DNA of 63,727 bases, counting the filler, from Octopus bimaculoides (lineage: Eukaryota), in the NCBI RefSeq assembly GCF_001194135.2. It is 6 parts of 5 records of this genome, joined end to end, with 100 filler letters (N's around TTAATTAATTAA, not from the genome) between each part and the next. Parts side by side here need not be neighbours in the genome. Positions count along the whole stretch, not along the records: positions 21,215 to 36,046 come from NC_068987.1; positions 36,147 to 51,812 come from NC_069003.1; 4 more parts are not named here. One strand, 5' to 3'. Of this stretch, positions 24,720 to 39,345 are shown one piece after another. How positions within the stretch are numbered: position 1 is the stretch's first letter; every line of letters starts with the position of its first letter. Both the position numbers and the translations under genes were made by a program. The notes under the pieces were generated by a model that made no database searches, was not told the origin of the DNA, and saw only the letters and a program-made list of their open reading frames with translations.

Positions 24720-26400
24720 TCCAGATGGGTTTATAAGGAAGTTGATGTGATTTTCATATTTTCAGCCATTCAGTTTGGGGAACAATTTTGCTATAAAGTG
24801 TTGTGCCATATTTTTTCTAAAGAAGGTGTCATTCCTTTGGCATTTATAGAAAGGAAAGATCTTGAATCTTCCTTCTCCACATGTTTCTAAGTGTTTACTT
24901 AGTGGAATATTTGTAGTTCTCCCTCTCAGATATGTTGTCGGTGAATTTTGGATCGTTGGCATAAAGAATTGCAACTCTCACCTATATAGTTCTCCTCGCA
25001 TATGGGACAGGTTATGCAATATATCAAGTTTTGTGTCTTACAATTCATGTTTGCATTTGCTTTGAATGTGTGTCCACTCTTAAATTTTATTTGGTTGTTT
25101 TCTTCAATATTTTTGTAGATGGGGTTACTGCAAATCTTACATCTACTATCTCCACATTCTTTCACAAAGAATTCGGTTTCATTCTCTGATGAGAATTTTG
25201 CTCTTGTCGGTTGTTTTTCAGGTTTTTCTCTTGGCGTTTATTGTTTCTTATGCAGTATTTGTTTAAGAAGTTTCCCATTTTGGGGCTCTGTAGGACTCTT
25301 GGTAAGTTTGATCATATAATTTGAAAGATGTTGGTAACTCCAGTGTTGTGTGTGCTTATGAATAGGATGATGTTCTCTTTGTTTTTCTTTTCTGGAGTTC
25401 TAGGTTGTTGATGTCCAGTTTCATTGCTCTTGAGATTCCGCTTTCCGTTAATTTGAGCGGGTATTTCTGTTCTAGTAGGAAGTTTTAAAGTTCATTTAGT
25501 CTTATTTGGCGTGTTTGTCAGTTTACCACTATGCTGCATATGCGTCTTGCCATATGTGGGATGGGTGGCAGGAGTAGAAATTTAAATATTGGTGTGTGTC
25601 TGATTATTTTGTAGTAGATATCTGTTGTGACGATGAAGTTGTGTATCTTGATGTTGATGTCTAGTAAGGGAAGTTCGTTATAGCTGGTTTCTGTTGTAAA
25701 GTTGATAGATGGGTGCAGTGTGTTGAGGATGTTGTGGAAAGTTCGTAGATCTTCTTCTGATCTGTTCCAAAAAATGAAACAGTCATCGAGGTAGCGTTTC
25801 CACTTTCTCTTGATGTCTTTTCTGAAGTCGTGTTCGAAGATGTTCCCTACTTCCTCGTATAGTTTGTTCTCAAGAAATCCCATAAACAGGTTGGCTTATG
25901 AAGGTGTGAATTTCGTACCCGTAGTCGTGCTCTTTAACTGTCGGTATGTCTTGTTGTTGAATGTGAATGTGCTTTATTCAACTATTAATTGGGTGACTTT
26001 GGTGATAAAGTCTGTTTATCTATGAATTCCCTGTAGTTTATTACCCAGTATTTTATCGCCTCCAGATCCAGGGTCTGTGGTATGTTCGTGTATAAGTTTG
26101 TGACATCGAAACTTGCAGCAATGAGCCTTCGCTAGAACTGTGTATACCACAAACTATAGTTTCAGAATTGGGCGCCCAGTACTTGATATTCCTGATACTA
26201 TTAAGAAATTATTTTTTCCTAGTTTCTCCCACTTTTGGCCAATCAAAATATGTCTAAATGCGTCATCCACAGAATTTTGAACCAGTACCACCTTTGTATA
26301 TAAGATATCGAACTGTCTTAGAATTTAGTTGATCGCTTTAACATTTCTATCAAATATCCGTGGCTGTTAGCTTAAATTCGGTGTATTTCTTCTCTGTAGA
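24720..26400 (-). mobile_element. Penelope-like element (Neptune-type), decayed RT + GIY-YIG
   Basis: GRPI, ASFDVTNLYTNIP, WKRYLDDCFIFW, LNTLHPSINFT, CGDSRCKIC, NLIYCITCPICEENYIGES, spread over several frames. Confidence 0.88.
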
Positions 26401-27879
26401 ATACATTTATGAGTATGCGTGCAACAAGAGATGGACAATTATATCACAGAATTGTCAAGAAAAGCTGTCAGAGTTTGAAATTTCTCTTTTCCAAATAGGG
26501 AAGGTGTAGACACTATAATATAATGCTGGATGCAATATAGCTGGGGAAATAGCGGGAATCTCACGAACAGAACGTTTTTAATCATACGTCACCGGCATCA
26601 GAAATACTTCTGGGATTAATAACAACAAAAGCAACTTTATTAGTTGTAAAACTATGAGAAGATTAACGTCAGTGAATTTTTAAACTAATTATATTTATAA
26701 ATTTAATTAAATAGATTCAATGAAAAATTGAAATTATGTTACAAAATTTCTCATCATATATCATTTTGTATTATGCCTGTTGCTATTTATATGTTAAACA
26801 TTTATTACATGAAAGGTAGTTTCATAATACCTCACGTTACCTCGTCCATTCAGCATGCATTGATTAAAGAAATCGAAAACCTCTTTTATATTGAATACAA
26901 AACTTTGAAATTAAATTAGCTTATTAAATTAGCTTATTTCCTCTACCGTCTCCTTTCATACAGCATTTATTTTAAATTTCCGGTCATCTATCATATGTAT
27001 CCATAAAGAGAGGTAATTATATTCGTCGGATTCTTTATTATGTTCTTATATTAATATCAGTGAATAGCATTTTATATTTAAAATGCTGATCAACTAACTT
27101 GATTTTTCACTTCTTTTGATTGAATCTTACATCCATATCGACTTATCTTAATACCAATCTCAACATCGCAATTCTTTGCTATGGTAGTCACTTTATATTC
27201 AATGTCAATTCTCCCACGTTATGGTCGTGTGAAATATTTGTTGTGGATTTCGTCTGAAGAACAGTGACAATTATTAGTTAGAAAATCTCTTTTGGCATTC
27301 ACTTCTTTGCGTTTCTTTGGTTTCTTTTCATATCACGAGTCTCTTAATGCCGGAAACTTAATACGGGCCTTGTCTTTCCGCTTTTGACGTAGCGCTAAAA
27401 ATGTGTAACACGGTGTTAATTTGGAATATTACAGTGAGGCGGAATGAGCCTTTTTCCCCGCTAAATACTATGTTTTGTTTTACAAATAATCCTTGTTCAA
27501 AAGAGTATGTTCTCCGCATTAAGCACTGGATTCTGATAAATATTTTTCACACAAAGAAGAATCAACTGCAGTTTTCTGCAAAAATCTAAATTTAAGATGA
27601 TGTTTAAAATAATGAAGTGTAGGCTTGAAGATTAATTAATAAATGGAATTTGATAGGATGAAACTGTACGAAAGGCTGTATATTACTTCAGTAAAGAAGA
27701 CCACTAAAACGCCATATGCAGATGCAATGCCAGCTGCATCAGAAGAAACGTTTCAAGTGCAACAGTTGCCATAGTTACAAACGGAATTAAGACATGCACA
27801 CCCACACACAGGACCACCACAAGTAATAGACCCAGAAATACCACCATTTTCTCCCTGCTAATCATCACGCGAATTATAC

Positions 27880-29420
27880 TGCTTAATATTAGAGGCTCCT
27901 GTCAAACGCAAAATTGAGTTCCTGAGGCATGATTCTGCATGCAAACAATACGCATTGCACTTACAGAAACACTTCTGCCTGGATACACAAATGATGTGGT
28001 GATACTAATACCAATGTAGGCTGTGTTTCCGTACAGTAAGGATAGAAAAAGTTGTGGTGAAATAGCAATGTACATCCCTGAAGATGTTACACCATTATTC
28101 CTGTTGTCACATTCAAACACTATTTATGCTACACTCCCAATACATTTAAAGCAACTTGATGTGGTAATATGCTCACTATCTCATCTACCCGATGCCTCAA
28201 CTCACAATGGCAAATTTGAGGAAGGTGTTAAAAGACAAACGAAGTGCTAACGAAACTAGATCACTGCATTAATGTACGGACAAGTTAATTTCAACTTCTC
28301 GTATATCAGATAACTAGAAGGTGGCATAATCTCAGGACTGACATAGAAAGAGCGCAGTCAAGCAGAATCTGTATTTGATCTCATAAAAATTGTATTCATG
28401 AAGTAAACCACACTTTATGCAAGCAACACAATAACATATTAGACCTCACTTTCCCCAATAACATATTAGACCTCACTTTCCCCACAATTTTCGCAGACTA
28501 TAACATAACAGAACTGAACATGCATGGTCCAAAACTAAATAAAGATGTATTTTGTACTGACGGCACCCAAATTCTATCCAGTCGGAACTTCTACTAGGCT
28601 GACTGGAAGTCAGTTCAAAAATAGATACTTAAGTATTAAATATCTATTAAAAATAGATACTTACGTATTATATTCAAGCATTAATCGTCAATTTTTGAAT
28701 TGACTTCCAGTAATATTGGTCAGAGTGAGATGCAACCGAACTCACCAACTGTTTATGATGGAATTCCGACTGTTCTCTTAATGACATGCAAGGAAGCTCT
28801 CGAAAAACTACTGCAGACACCTTTTCAAAGTTTCCTTGCATGTGGTTAACATCCCAAAATCTTAAAAGAAGACATAACATAGGTTTATCTTTATGACTTC
28901 ATATGCTAGCAAAGTCATGGAAAGCATTATCAGAAGGAGATTGATCACGCTCCTAAAAGAAAATAACTGGCTGACAACATGCAACATAACTCCGCTCAAG
29001 GAAAAACTGCTTCACATAGCCAAGGCAGCATTTTATCTGGCTAGTGAAACAAAAGCTCAACCGCTCGAATGTAGATGTGAGGTAAATCGACTTTATGAAG
29101 GCCTTCGACAAAGTTGATCATAAAAGTGATGTTACAAACTGCATGACCCTGGTATCGATGGACACACTAGAAGACTGACTCCATGACTTTATAAAAAGTA
29201 GATGTCAAACAGTTGCTGCCATTGCTGTTCGTTCTATGGAGACAACAATCTTCAGTGAAGTCAATCGGAGACCACTACACTTGTGGTGGCTCTCTCAGAT
29301 ATGCTGTCTGCCATACAGTTAGACACCCTTAGAGTATCGAAGGCGGCCATAGACCCTGATCAGTCCCTAAAACTTCAGAAAAGCCTGCACTAAATACAAA
29401 ATATAAAAATGAGTTGATAT
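27880..29420 (+). mobile_element. Decayed CR1/L2-like LINE (AP endonuclease + RT remnants)
   Basis: KDRKSCGEIAMYIP (APE motif); MTSYASKVMESIIRRRLITLLKENNWL; DFMKAFDKVDH at 29089-29121. Confidence 0.75.
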
Positions 29421-29504
29421 CTTGTTCATATGTAAATGAAGAAACCACATTTAATTCTGAGGAACTCGACTACGTATTATAAATGCATTTTTACATATAT
29501 ATAC

Positions 29505-29669
29505 TCTTTTACTCTTTTACTCTTTTACTTGTTTCAGTCATTTGACTGCGGCCATGCTGGAGCACCGCCTTTAGACATGCAAATCGACCCCAGGACTTAT
29601 TACACACAAACACACATACACACACACATATNNNNNNNNNNNNNNNNNNNNNNNNNNNNNNNNNNNNNN

Positions 29670-29704
<35 letters not shown>

Positions 29705-29862
29705 CACAACGGGCTTCTTTCAGTTTCCGTCTACCAAATCAACTCACAAGGCTTTGGTCGGCCCGAGGCTATAGTAGAAGACACTTCCCCAAGGTGCCAC
29801 GCAGTAGGACTGAACCCAGAACCATGTGGTTGGTAAGCAAGCTAATTACCACACAGCCACTC
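29505..29862 (-). mobile_element. Composite SINE D/A with a shortened tail and internal microsatellite/gap
   Basis: Tail 29520-29600 and head 29705-29862 lie in consistent orientation. Confidence 0.85.
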
Positions 29863-31743
29863 CCGATTTACACACACACTGATGTATGTTTGTATGTATG
29901 CATGTATACATATATATATATGTATGTATATACATATATTATATTTATACACACACACATACATACGTGTGTGTGTGTGTGTGCCTGATTGTGTGTATAT
30001 CTAAGTGTAATGCGAAACGAAGAACAAAATATAAATTAGAAAGACATGAAGACGAGATAAATTCACAATCAATCCAGGCAGCTGAAGCAATAACCAAGAG
30101 CATGGTTCATTCTACCGAGCTATACTGGCTTGCGGGTATGTATATCAATCAATCAGCCGATTGATCAATCGATCTTTCTATTTCTCTATGTCTCTCTCCC
30201 TCTCTCCACACACTCACGCACACAAACACACACACACTCACTTATCTACGTATGTATACATATATACATACATACATATATATANNNNNNNNNNNNNNNN
30301 NNNNNNNNNNNNNNNNNNNNNNNNNNNNNNNNNNNNNNNNNNNNNNNNNNNNNNNNNNNNNNNNNNNNNNNNNNNNNNNNNNNNNNNNNNNNNNNNNNNN
30401 NNNNNNNNNNNNNNNNNNNNNNNNNNNNNNNNNNNNNNNNTATCTCGCTTTCTCCTTCTCCTTCTTACTCTGGTATATCTAATCTTATATATCCAATTTT
30501 ATTTTATGTTTCCCATTCAATTTCTTAATTTCTTCCTCTTTTCGAATGAATCACCAATCACCCTTATTTGTTTTTATGGGTTTTTTTTTCTTTGCTTTTC
30601 TCCCAACCTCAAGCTTTATTGTCAATCAGAAATTGATTCTACTTCTTTCCCGATTTATCATTCATTGTCTTTACAATATCTCAAATTACCTTTGTCTCAT
30701 CTACTACAATTTCTTTCTTACTATTTTTCTCTGTCTCTCTCTCTCTCTCTTTCCTTCTCTTCTTCTTTCTATCTCGTTTTGATAACAACCATATTCATTT
30801 CCAACATCTAGTGTTTATTATTTCCAACATTTTCCGAATACTGGTTCTTTGATTAGATTTTGTTCAACTACATTGTCTTTTTTTTATTTCAATTTATAAC
30901 ATTTCAGCTTTTTCTCGTAAATTTTATAGACGTTATATTTTTTTTCCGCGATATTTCATTCTTCGCGCCATTCTAGTATCAAAAGAATATAAATGACATA
31001 AGTCTTTTCGTTCCTTTTTTTGTGGGAAAAGAACTAAGAATACATTGGTAAAAACTTTCTGATATTTTCATCTTTTACTTGATATTTGTTCTTTATTTGT
31101 AATTAATTTACATCGAATTTACTTTCCTCCAGACGACAGATGACTTTCAATTAGGACGATTAAATACAAATTAAATACAGCTACAACTCAAAGACTGACT
31201 TTATCTTTTCCTGTTACAACGCAGGGGAGTTTAATGTTTCGTTAGTTTTGTTTAAATGTTGTTTTCGTTTCGTTGCTTCACATAAAAAAAGCGACTGGCC
31301 ATTTTGCTTCGAAAAAAGAGAAAGCGGCGTTTGATATTGTTTTATATATTTGATTAGTAGTTCAATATCTGATTATTGAATGTGTTTGATCCTTCATTGT
31401 TTGTTTTATATATGTTATATTTAGATGCATCGCTATAGTTTCTGAATTGGAATCAGGAAGTAGTCGATTGTATTCGGTTTATTCTTTTTCTCTTTCTTAT
31501 CCAATCGATATATTAGATTAGGAGAAAGCATTATACAAGTATCGACTGAATCGTGTAAAATATGAAAGTCATGTATATATATGTGTCTATGTCTATATCC
31601 ATATATATGTATGTGTGTGTGTGTGTTAAGATTTCGTATACACACACAGACATATATATACGTATATATACGTATATGTGTATCTGTGTAACATATAGAA
31701 GTTTGTATACCAATATGTGTGGTATACAAAGATAGTTATAGAA

Positions 31744-31790
<47 letters not shown>

Positions 31791-33888
31791 NNNNNNNNNN
31801 NNNNNNNNNNNNNNNNNNNNNNNNNNNNNNNNNNNNNNAGAGAGAGAGAGAGAGAGCGAATATGAGAGAGAAAGAGATACATGCATGCATACATACATAC
31901 ATATACACATATACATTACATATAAACACGTGTATATATCCGTATATACTTATATGCGCATGCGTGGGTGTATGTGCGTGTGTTTAAGAAATATTAAATT
32001 AAATCTTTATAAATGCATAAGTTAAGATTGATTCAATATGGGACCGAAAAACATTTTTTATGGCGACTTCGAACCGTTGCCAGACTTGACTAGAGGACTT
32101 GTGTACCCTGGAAAAATGATAAAATAAGCCACAACTAGCGTAACATCAAAATACCCATCAGTAGAATCGTAGAAATCTGGGGACTCTTAATAACTTTGTG
32201 GCTAGAACTGAAAGTTATCTCAGAATAACAGAACATTATGGTTAGATCACCCCTATTGTTCAGTGTTTGACTAATGTGAAGTGTAATAAGTAACAAATCC
32301 CACTGTAGCTTTGATTCATGCTGTTTCAGAAGCCAGCTCATTCAATACTACCAATGTTGGGATTTTAAAATCTGAAAAAGTCAAATGTTTCAAACAAAAT
32401 ATAATTTCAAACGAAATTATGATTCATAGTTCTGGATAAACTTCCAACCAGCATACAGTTTTCAAAATGACCGTAAAATTTTACGGATAATGGTAGTTAC
32501 GTTCAAATTAAGATGAGCGATAAAGAATTTGTACGACTTGTGTCATGGAAATAAATTATACAAAAATCACTGCGTGTAAACGTGTATGTGTTCTACTATG
32601 TTACGCGGTCGCTTGTGTATGCGTCTAGATGAAGTTATTTCGGCAGAATGTGTGTGTGTATGTGTGTGTGTTTGTGTGTGTGTGTGATTGACATATCTGA
32701 GACAAAAGCGCTTTTCACAATACATAAATTTTATACATTTTACTGTATGAACTCGATTTGCTGTCGATTCTCTACACCCAAAGAGAATTGATTTCAATAT
32801 CATAAAAATTTCAACTTTATTTTTACATCTCATATCCTCCGTCTGTCCTCCAGGGTATGCGTCTATCTTTCACTCAGTTCGAATTTGTTTCGTGTTGGAA
32901 CACGATTAATCAATGTTCTGCGTGTGTTTGGGTACAAGAGAATTTATACACCAAGTTTCTAGAAATAAAACTGTGGCCCAATATATACGATATATTCTTA
33001 TCTTAAAATATATACTTTGACCTTTTTTTAACTAGTCTGAGAATATGTTTACGTTTTATTTAGCTTGATACTGATATATACATGCGTATGTATATGTATT
33101 TACATATATACATATGTGAGATATCTGTACGCGTGCTTATATCTATTGTTTATGCACTTGTGTATAATATTTATGATTCTTCCTATTGTAAATCATGCCG
33201 ATATATATTTTTTATTTGGAATATTTTACAACAAGCCAGTGAGTTACTATGCATAATATGAATAAATGTAAGTGCTGCCATCTTTGTGTTATACGAACAC
33301 AGTAATTGTTATTACTTTTTTACTGCTTTCTATCATATAGATATTGATGATGGTCTTAGATTTTATATACGAATTAGTTGTTATATATTTAGTTTCCTCC
33401 AAAACTTCCCCAAACAATGCTGTCGCATATCATATCCGGGTGGCATCTATAAAAACTAAAACGTTTCTATAGAAGGTTCTTATAAGGAAATATTAAACAT
33501 CATTGTCTTTTATTATAGCATCGATTTTCATACATTTTATCGTAGCAGTCTGCGTTTTGATAAAGTATTTGTTAGGATTATGTTTTAGTTCTATTATTTG
33601 TGAATGCTGGATACATACAGACAGTAAGCATTTCGAAAATTCTTACGTATTACATATAATGTGATGTTGCCCAGTTTAAGGGCACGAGTATATGGGTAAG
33701 TAAAAGTTAATGAGCACAACAATATGGCTGGTCGACATTACTACTGTTTTAAGTCCGGGCAGATCTCCCGCCAGATGGTTATAGATCCATCTGCACTCTG
33801 TATATATTGCAAGCAGGGATGAGAGCCCCTATCGTTCTCCATCAGATTATCCCCTGCTTGTAATATATAGAGGGTGTAGCTGAATCTA

Positions 33889-34195
33889 TGTGGAGGCGAA
33901 TGGCCCAGTGGTTAGGGCAGCGGAAACGTGGTCGGAGGATCGCGGTTTCGATTCCGAGACTGGGCGTTATGAGTGTTTATTGAGCGAAAACACCTAAAGC
34001 TCCACGAGGCTCCGGCAGGGGGTGATGGTGACCCCTGTTATACTCTTTCGCCCCAACTTTCTCTCAGTCTTTCTTCTTGTTTCTTGAGTAACGCTGCGGT
34101 GGACTGGCGTCCCGTCCAGCTGGGGGAACACATACGCCATAGAAACCGGGAAACCGGGCCCATGAGCCTGGCTAGGCTTTGAAAGGGCGACGTTT
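33889..34195 (+). mobile_element. tRNA-derived SINE (family C head + tail 2)
   Basis: Head nearly identical to 2952; different 3' half containing TGGACTGGCGTCCCGTCCAG. Confidence 0.85.
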
Positions 34196-35103
34196 ATCGT
34201 TTTTATCATAGCTCAATCTATAACCAACTGCTGGAAGATCTGCCTGGGATTAAAACGGGAACTAACATCGAACATTGATGTGGCGATTAACCTTATTTGT
34301 CAGTAGCTACTACTCTCATCTCTTATCGAGATTTCCTAACTGACTACTTTGCTAGTATATGGATGATTAACTATTAATTAATTCCATTTATTAAAGCCTG
34401 ATGTACGCTATGTATAATGAATAAAAACGTATTTACTCCTTTCATTTGTGTAATTATATAAACGAATGGCAATTAGCATAATGCAGTTATGTATAGTATT
34501 AATATAGCATTCATGAACATCACTTAAAGACCATTCTACGAAAAACGATTTTGATTTTAATATTCATTATTTTAATTTCCCAAGTTATTAATAACCATGT
34601 GATTATATCATCCGAACTTTATCCTTAGAGAGGTGATCGACAAATGTCCAACCTCATAACTTGGAATAGACTTTTCGAAGTTTACTTGCTTACGGGGTTT
34701 ACTCACCAACTGTAGCATACCATGCTGATGTATCCTGAAAGAAATACGTGACTGTTGTATCCTCTTTGATGAGAGCAACTGCACGGATAGTGAAGAGTAG
34801 GGGCCAGATACTTTCAGCGTCTGTCGACAACGAAGAAATCGGACGACGCCGACATTTCACTTGATGTTCGACAGAAACATTACATTCATATTGAATTCAA
34901 TACCAAAACTACAACGAAATTACTTTGGGCTTACGGGATGCGTTTCACCAAATATTTGTGCATTTATCCGAAACCAGAAAGTACGCGACAGCATTCTATT
35001 TTCTGTGAAGCATAACTGAACGTTGAGATTAGTTAGATATCTTAGTAACAAATGACTTGAGATTTTATTATTTCTCTTATATTCGAGGGTATCATCGACA
35101 TCT

Positions 35104-35440
35104 TGTGAAGGTGCATGGCTCACTGGTTAGAGCGTCGAGGTTACGATCATGAGGTTGTGAGTTCGAATCCTGGACCGGGCTGCGTGTTGTGTTCTTGAGC
35201 AAGACACTTTATTTCCCGTTGCTCCAGTTCACTCAGCTGTAGAAATGATTGCGACGTCACTGGTGCCAAGCTGTATCGGCTCCTATGTCTTTCCCTTGGA
35301 TAACACTGGTGGCGTGGAGAGGGGAGGCCAGTATGCTTGGGCGACTGCTGGTCTTCCATAAACAACCTTGCCCGGATTGTGCCTGGGAGGGTAACTTTCT
35401 AGGTGCAATCCCACGGTCATTCGTCACTGAGGGGAGTCTC
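35104..35440 (+). mobile_element. tRNA-derived SINE (distinct head, GTGTTCTTGAGCAAGACACTT middle, tail 3)
   Basis: A-box-like TGGCTCACTGG and B box GTTCGAATCC. Confidence 0.8.
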
Positions 35441-35809
35441 AGCATCAACATCCTAAGCCTTCATCAATGCATCAATCAGATATTTAAGCTCCTTAAAGTT
35501 AATATCGTGATTTCCGAGCAGGTATTTCGAAAACGCTTCGGTTTTCTAAATTAAATCAAAGACATTGTGAACAGCTTAACACCTTGCGGATCTTGCAGAA
35601 AACTTCTTTCATATGTCAAATGTAACTTCTGCCGATCGCGAATATTTAAACACAAACAAAGATCCGAAGATATAATCGACGCATTCGCTAAGGCAAGAAA
35701 TTCTTAGTCTGGACGTGGCCAAGCATAAAGTCAGAATTAAATCAATAGATTTACATTGAATTGGGCCGATATGGCTCTGGAACAAAGGGAGACCATGGTA
35801 TTTATCATT

Positions 35810-35960
35810 ATAGCTTAAGGCATGAGTGTGCGGTTCAAAATCTCGCTTTGCAACCATATGGTCTTCGAGTTCAGTACCACTGCGCGACACTTGGGACGAT
35901 AGTCTTGTACTATCACCACGGTTCGATCAATGCCTGGCAGAGGAAAGCTGTTTGAAAGGC
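35810..35960 (+). mobile_element. Highly degenerate SINE D head
   Basis: CAACCATATGGTC..GAGTTCAGTACCACTGCGCGACACTTGGG. Confidence 0.5.
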
Positions 35961-36001
35961 TGCATTTATATGTACATACATGCATACATACATATACATA
36001 T

Positions 36002-36046
<45 letters not shown>

Positions 36047-36146
36047 NNNNNNNNNNNNNNNNNNNNNNNNNNNNNNNNNNNNNNNNNNNNTTAATTAATT
36101 AANNNNNNNNNNNNNNNNNNNNNNNNNNNNNNNNNNNNNNNNNNNN
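36047..36146. other. Artificial scaffold-joining spacer
   Basis: 44 N + TTAATTAATTAA + 44 N. Confidence 0.95.
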
Positions 36147-36859
36147 TATATATATATATATATGCGCGCACACACACACACACATACGTACACACAAGTA
36201 TGCATGTATATATGTAGAAATTAACGAGTCATCTATAGATTAAACTCATAGGATAATAGCATATATTAAGTGTTGTGGTTTAGTTTTTGAGAGTGAGAGT
36301 TAGTTTTGGTTTGGCGAATTTCTGCACACTCCGTTCCAGTCAAAACTGGTAAGTAGCAGTTCAGCGTTTTAAGTAAGTCATATTGGCAGCCATTTAGATA
36401 TTGCACCCGTGGGTTTAATATCTTGTTCGATATTTCATTACCGAACACGAAAGATGTTTACAAAAGCGTGGAGTGTTATTTCTTTACTACCCACAAGGAG
36501 CTAAACATAGAGGGGACGGACAAACAAGGACAGACAAACGGATTAAGTCGATTATGTCGACCCCGGTGCGTAACTGGAGTGTACTACGGCAAAAAATGTT
36601 GTGACTATAACGCCTGTAGCAAGAATAGTTGTCTAAATTTATCAAAGTATGATCATGATAATTGCTTATTTCGGAAATTTAGTAAAAGAAGGAGAAATAT
36701 AACCATGGAATACTTTAAAGCAATACAAAACAATGAGAAGATAACTGTAGTTGTCAAAATATCTAATTCTTGCTCTTGAAGAAATTGTGTATATCGTGAG
36801 AAACCATATCATGCTAAAAGGATTAAAAAAATCTAAAATTATATACAATATATTAAATA

Positions 36860-37080
36860 CAGTCACAAATAATGCATTACATTGTTCTCAAAGGAAATAT
36901 GGCAAACTAAAGATAGAAGTGAGTTTACCGAATTTATAAGGCCTATCTTGAAAAGGAAACACTAAACGATGCAGTTTGTGTTTGACTGAAAAAAAATCAT
37001 ATTGTAAACCAAATTACTCCAACCTTGACACGAAAGATCTAATATCAAATTGTAGACAGTCTAACACATGTAACGTTTAA
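36860..37080 (+). mobile_element. Penelope-like GIY-YIG C-terminal fragment
   Basis: GGAAACACTAAACGATGCAGTTTGTGTTTGACTGAAAAA = GNTKRCSLCLTEK, paralleling GTRLCKLCMAEK in the 11477 element. Confidence 0.55.
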
Positions 37081-37282
37081 CATTTTCGCTGTTTCTTTTT
37101 TCTCCCAGGGTAACAAAAATATCGATAGCCACACAAAAACACGTTATAATATGTCGGTGTCTTGTTTATTGTTTCAACAACTCCGACAGCATCTGTTGAA
37201 TATCAGTGTTTCAAATTTTCCGGATATTATCATGAAACTGTGTACACAAGTAGCTAGAGGCGCAACATATAGACATAAATGC

Positions 37283-37351
<69 letters not shown>

Positions 37352-37352
37352 G

Positions 37353-37384
<32 letters not shown>

Positions 37385-37565
37385 ATCTATCTATCTATAG
37401 ACATATATGTATGTAATGTGAGTGCGTGTCTTAATTCTTATTCCTTGCCTGATTTTTCACCATGCTTGTTCATAAAATGAGATTTCTATGGCTTCTGAGG
37501 TCATTTGATTTCTATCTCTAGCAAAGCTGTTACTTGCCTGCACTGTTCACGCTTTGAATAGCTAA

Positions 37566-37634
<69 letters not shown>

Positions 37635-37703
37635 GTTCGACTAAAAACCCTTCATGACTGTGTCCCAACTTGTCTGCAGTCACATGACCGAAACAAGTTA
37701 AAA

Positions 37704-38051
37704 TACACCTTCACTTCGACTTACGACCGAATTCCATTCCGACTGACAAAGTCGTAAGTCGATCTGGTCGTATATTGGATTTATATTTTTTAACACTATT
37801 TTGATTCAAACACAACTGATGCTCGAAGGCAATTGAGAGAGAGAGAGAGAGAAAGAGAGAGACAGTGACAGGAATTGGATGCCTGAGACTGAGAGTGGCC
37901 TGCGTTACCAGATGCTGCTATAGTTATTGTACGCGCTGCTGCCCAACGTCCGAAAATGGATTTTTCAGTTATTTATTTATTTATTTATTTTTTATTTCCT
38001 TATTTTCTGTGGCCGTAAGTCGCATAGGTCGCAAGTCAAGGAGAAGGTGTA
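37704..38051. mobile_element. pogo/Tigger-like MITE
   Basis: 25-bp TIRs TACACCTTCACTTCGACTTACGACC / reverse complement TACACCTTCTCCTTGACTTGCGACC (4 mismatches, terminal TA); internal 12-bp perfect inverted repeat 37716-37727 / 37751-37762. Confidence 0.7.
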
Positions 38052-39159
38052 CATAAATCCTACAAGTCAAGAATTATTCGTAAATGCTTCTGTGCGCTAA
38101 AATCTACGTGAAATGATCTAAGGCCCTGCGTACTTTATTTCATGCAGATGAGGTCGAATAGAAAGAAACAAGTCACTATGATTAATTACTCCCTTCTTCC
38201 CTAAAGACAAAGTTCAGACTGTCCTGATTAGGATTTGAACTATGCTTGAGTAATTAATTGATAATTTCCCTTGAATATCTCACCTTTCCTTTGAGTGTCA
38301 TTAACAATTGTTCCCAGCTGTTAATGGCAAATTTCAATTAAGAATCATTTGCCTATGGAATTCAGTGTATCACTCTTTAACTTAATTATCCGAATTCACG
38401 CTGCTGGGATTATTATTTTCATTAACTCGTTACAGTATTAATTATATAAAACGAAACGGTGTGTAATTTTCACTCTCTAGTTACTGATATTTACGTTTGC
38501 CCTTCATAAATTCATTTACATGTAAGTATATATGTGTATATGTATGTATGTATGTATGTATAGATGGATGGATGGATGAATGGATGGATGGATGGATGGA
38601 TGGATGGATGGATGGTGGATGGATGAATGGATGTAAATCATTCAATTTTACTTCAAGATTTCTTGCCAATAATGAAAGAGCTGGTTTCTAACCTAGATCC
38701 AAGGCTCCTTCACTGGAATTTCAACAACATCAATAGGATATTTTTGTGTGTGTATATATATATATATNNNNNNNNNNNNNNNNNNNNNNNNNNNNNNNNN
38801 NNNNNNNNNNNNNNNNNNNNNNNNNNNNNNNNNNNNNNNNNNNNNNNNNNNNNNNNNNNNNNNNNNATGTTAATTTATTTCCCTATCATCAGCTTAATAA
38901 TGGTAAATATATTTTAATAAATTCCCAGTTGCTTTTCTAAATTGATTGGAACACTGTCAATGTGTTTCAACAGAAATATAGCAACATACAAGAATGACAT
39001 TTATGAGATGGTAGAACGTGGTTTCAATGATATTTGACTGTTTTATCTATCTGATCGATGACTATACATAAGCTTCGTTATTGATATTAATTCGTTGCTT
39101 AGTTACGCCACCTGTTGTTTAAAGCCCCATTTATGTTTAATTATTAATAGAGTTTCCAA

Positions 39160-39345
39160 CGCAGTGAGCTGGGGGAATCGTAAAGCATGCCGGGAAAATG
39201 TTCAGCGGCATTTCGCCGGTCTTTACGTTCTGAGTTCAACATTGCTTTTCATCCTTTCGGGAGCGATAAAATAAAGTACCAGTTGAACACAGGACGCAAT
39301 GTAGTCGACTTGACTCCCTCCTCTAATTTCAGGCCTCGTGTCTTT
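39160..39345 (+). mobile_element. SINE family B
   Basis: GAGCTGGGGGAATCGTAAAGCATGCCGGG...TTTCATCCTTTCGGGAGCGATAAAATAAAGTACCAG. Confidence 0.7.

Noticed and set aside
26455-26620. Possible Tc1 transposase N-terminus (KLSEFE...EIAGISR)
   Set aside because: Very short and interrupted; no TIR or catalytic region seen.
28429-28482. Perfect 27-bp tandem duplication
   Set aside because: Ordinary slippage duplication inside a dead LINE.
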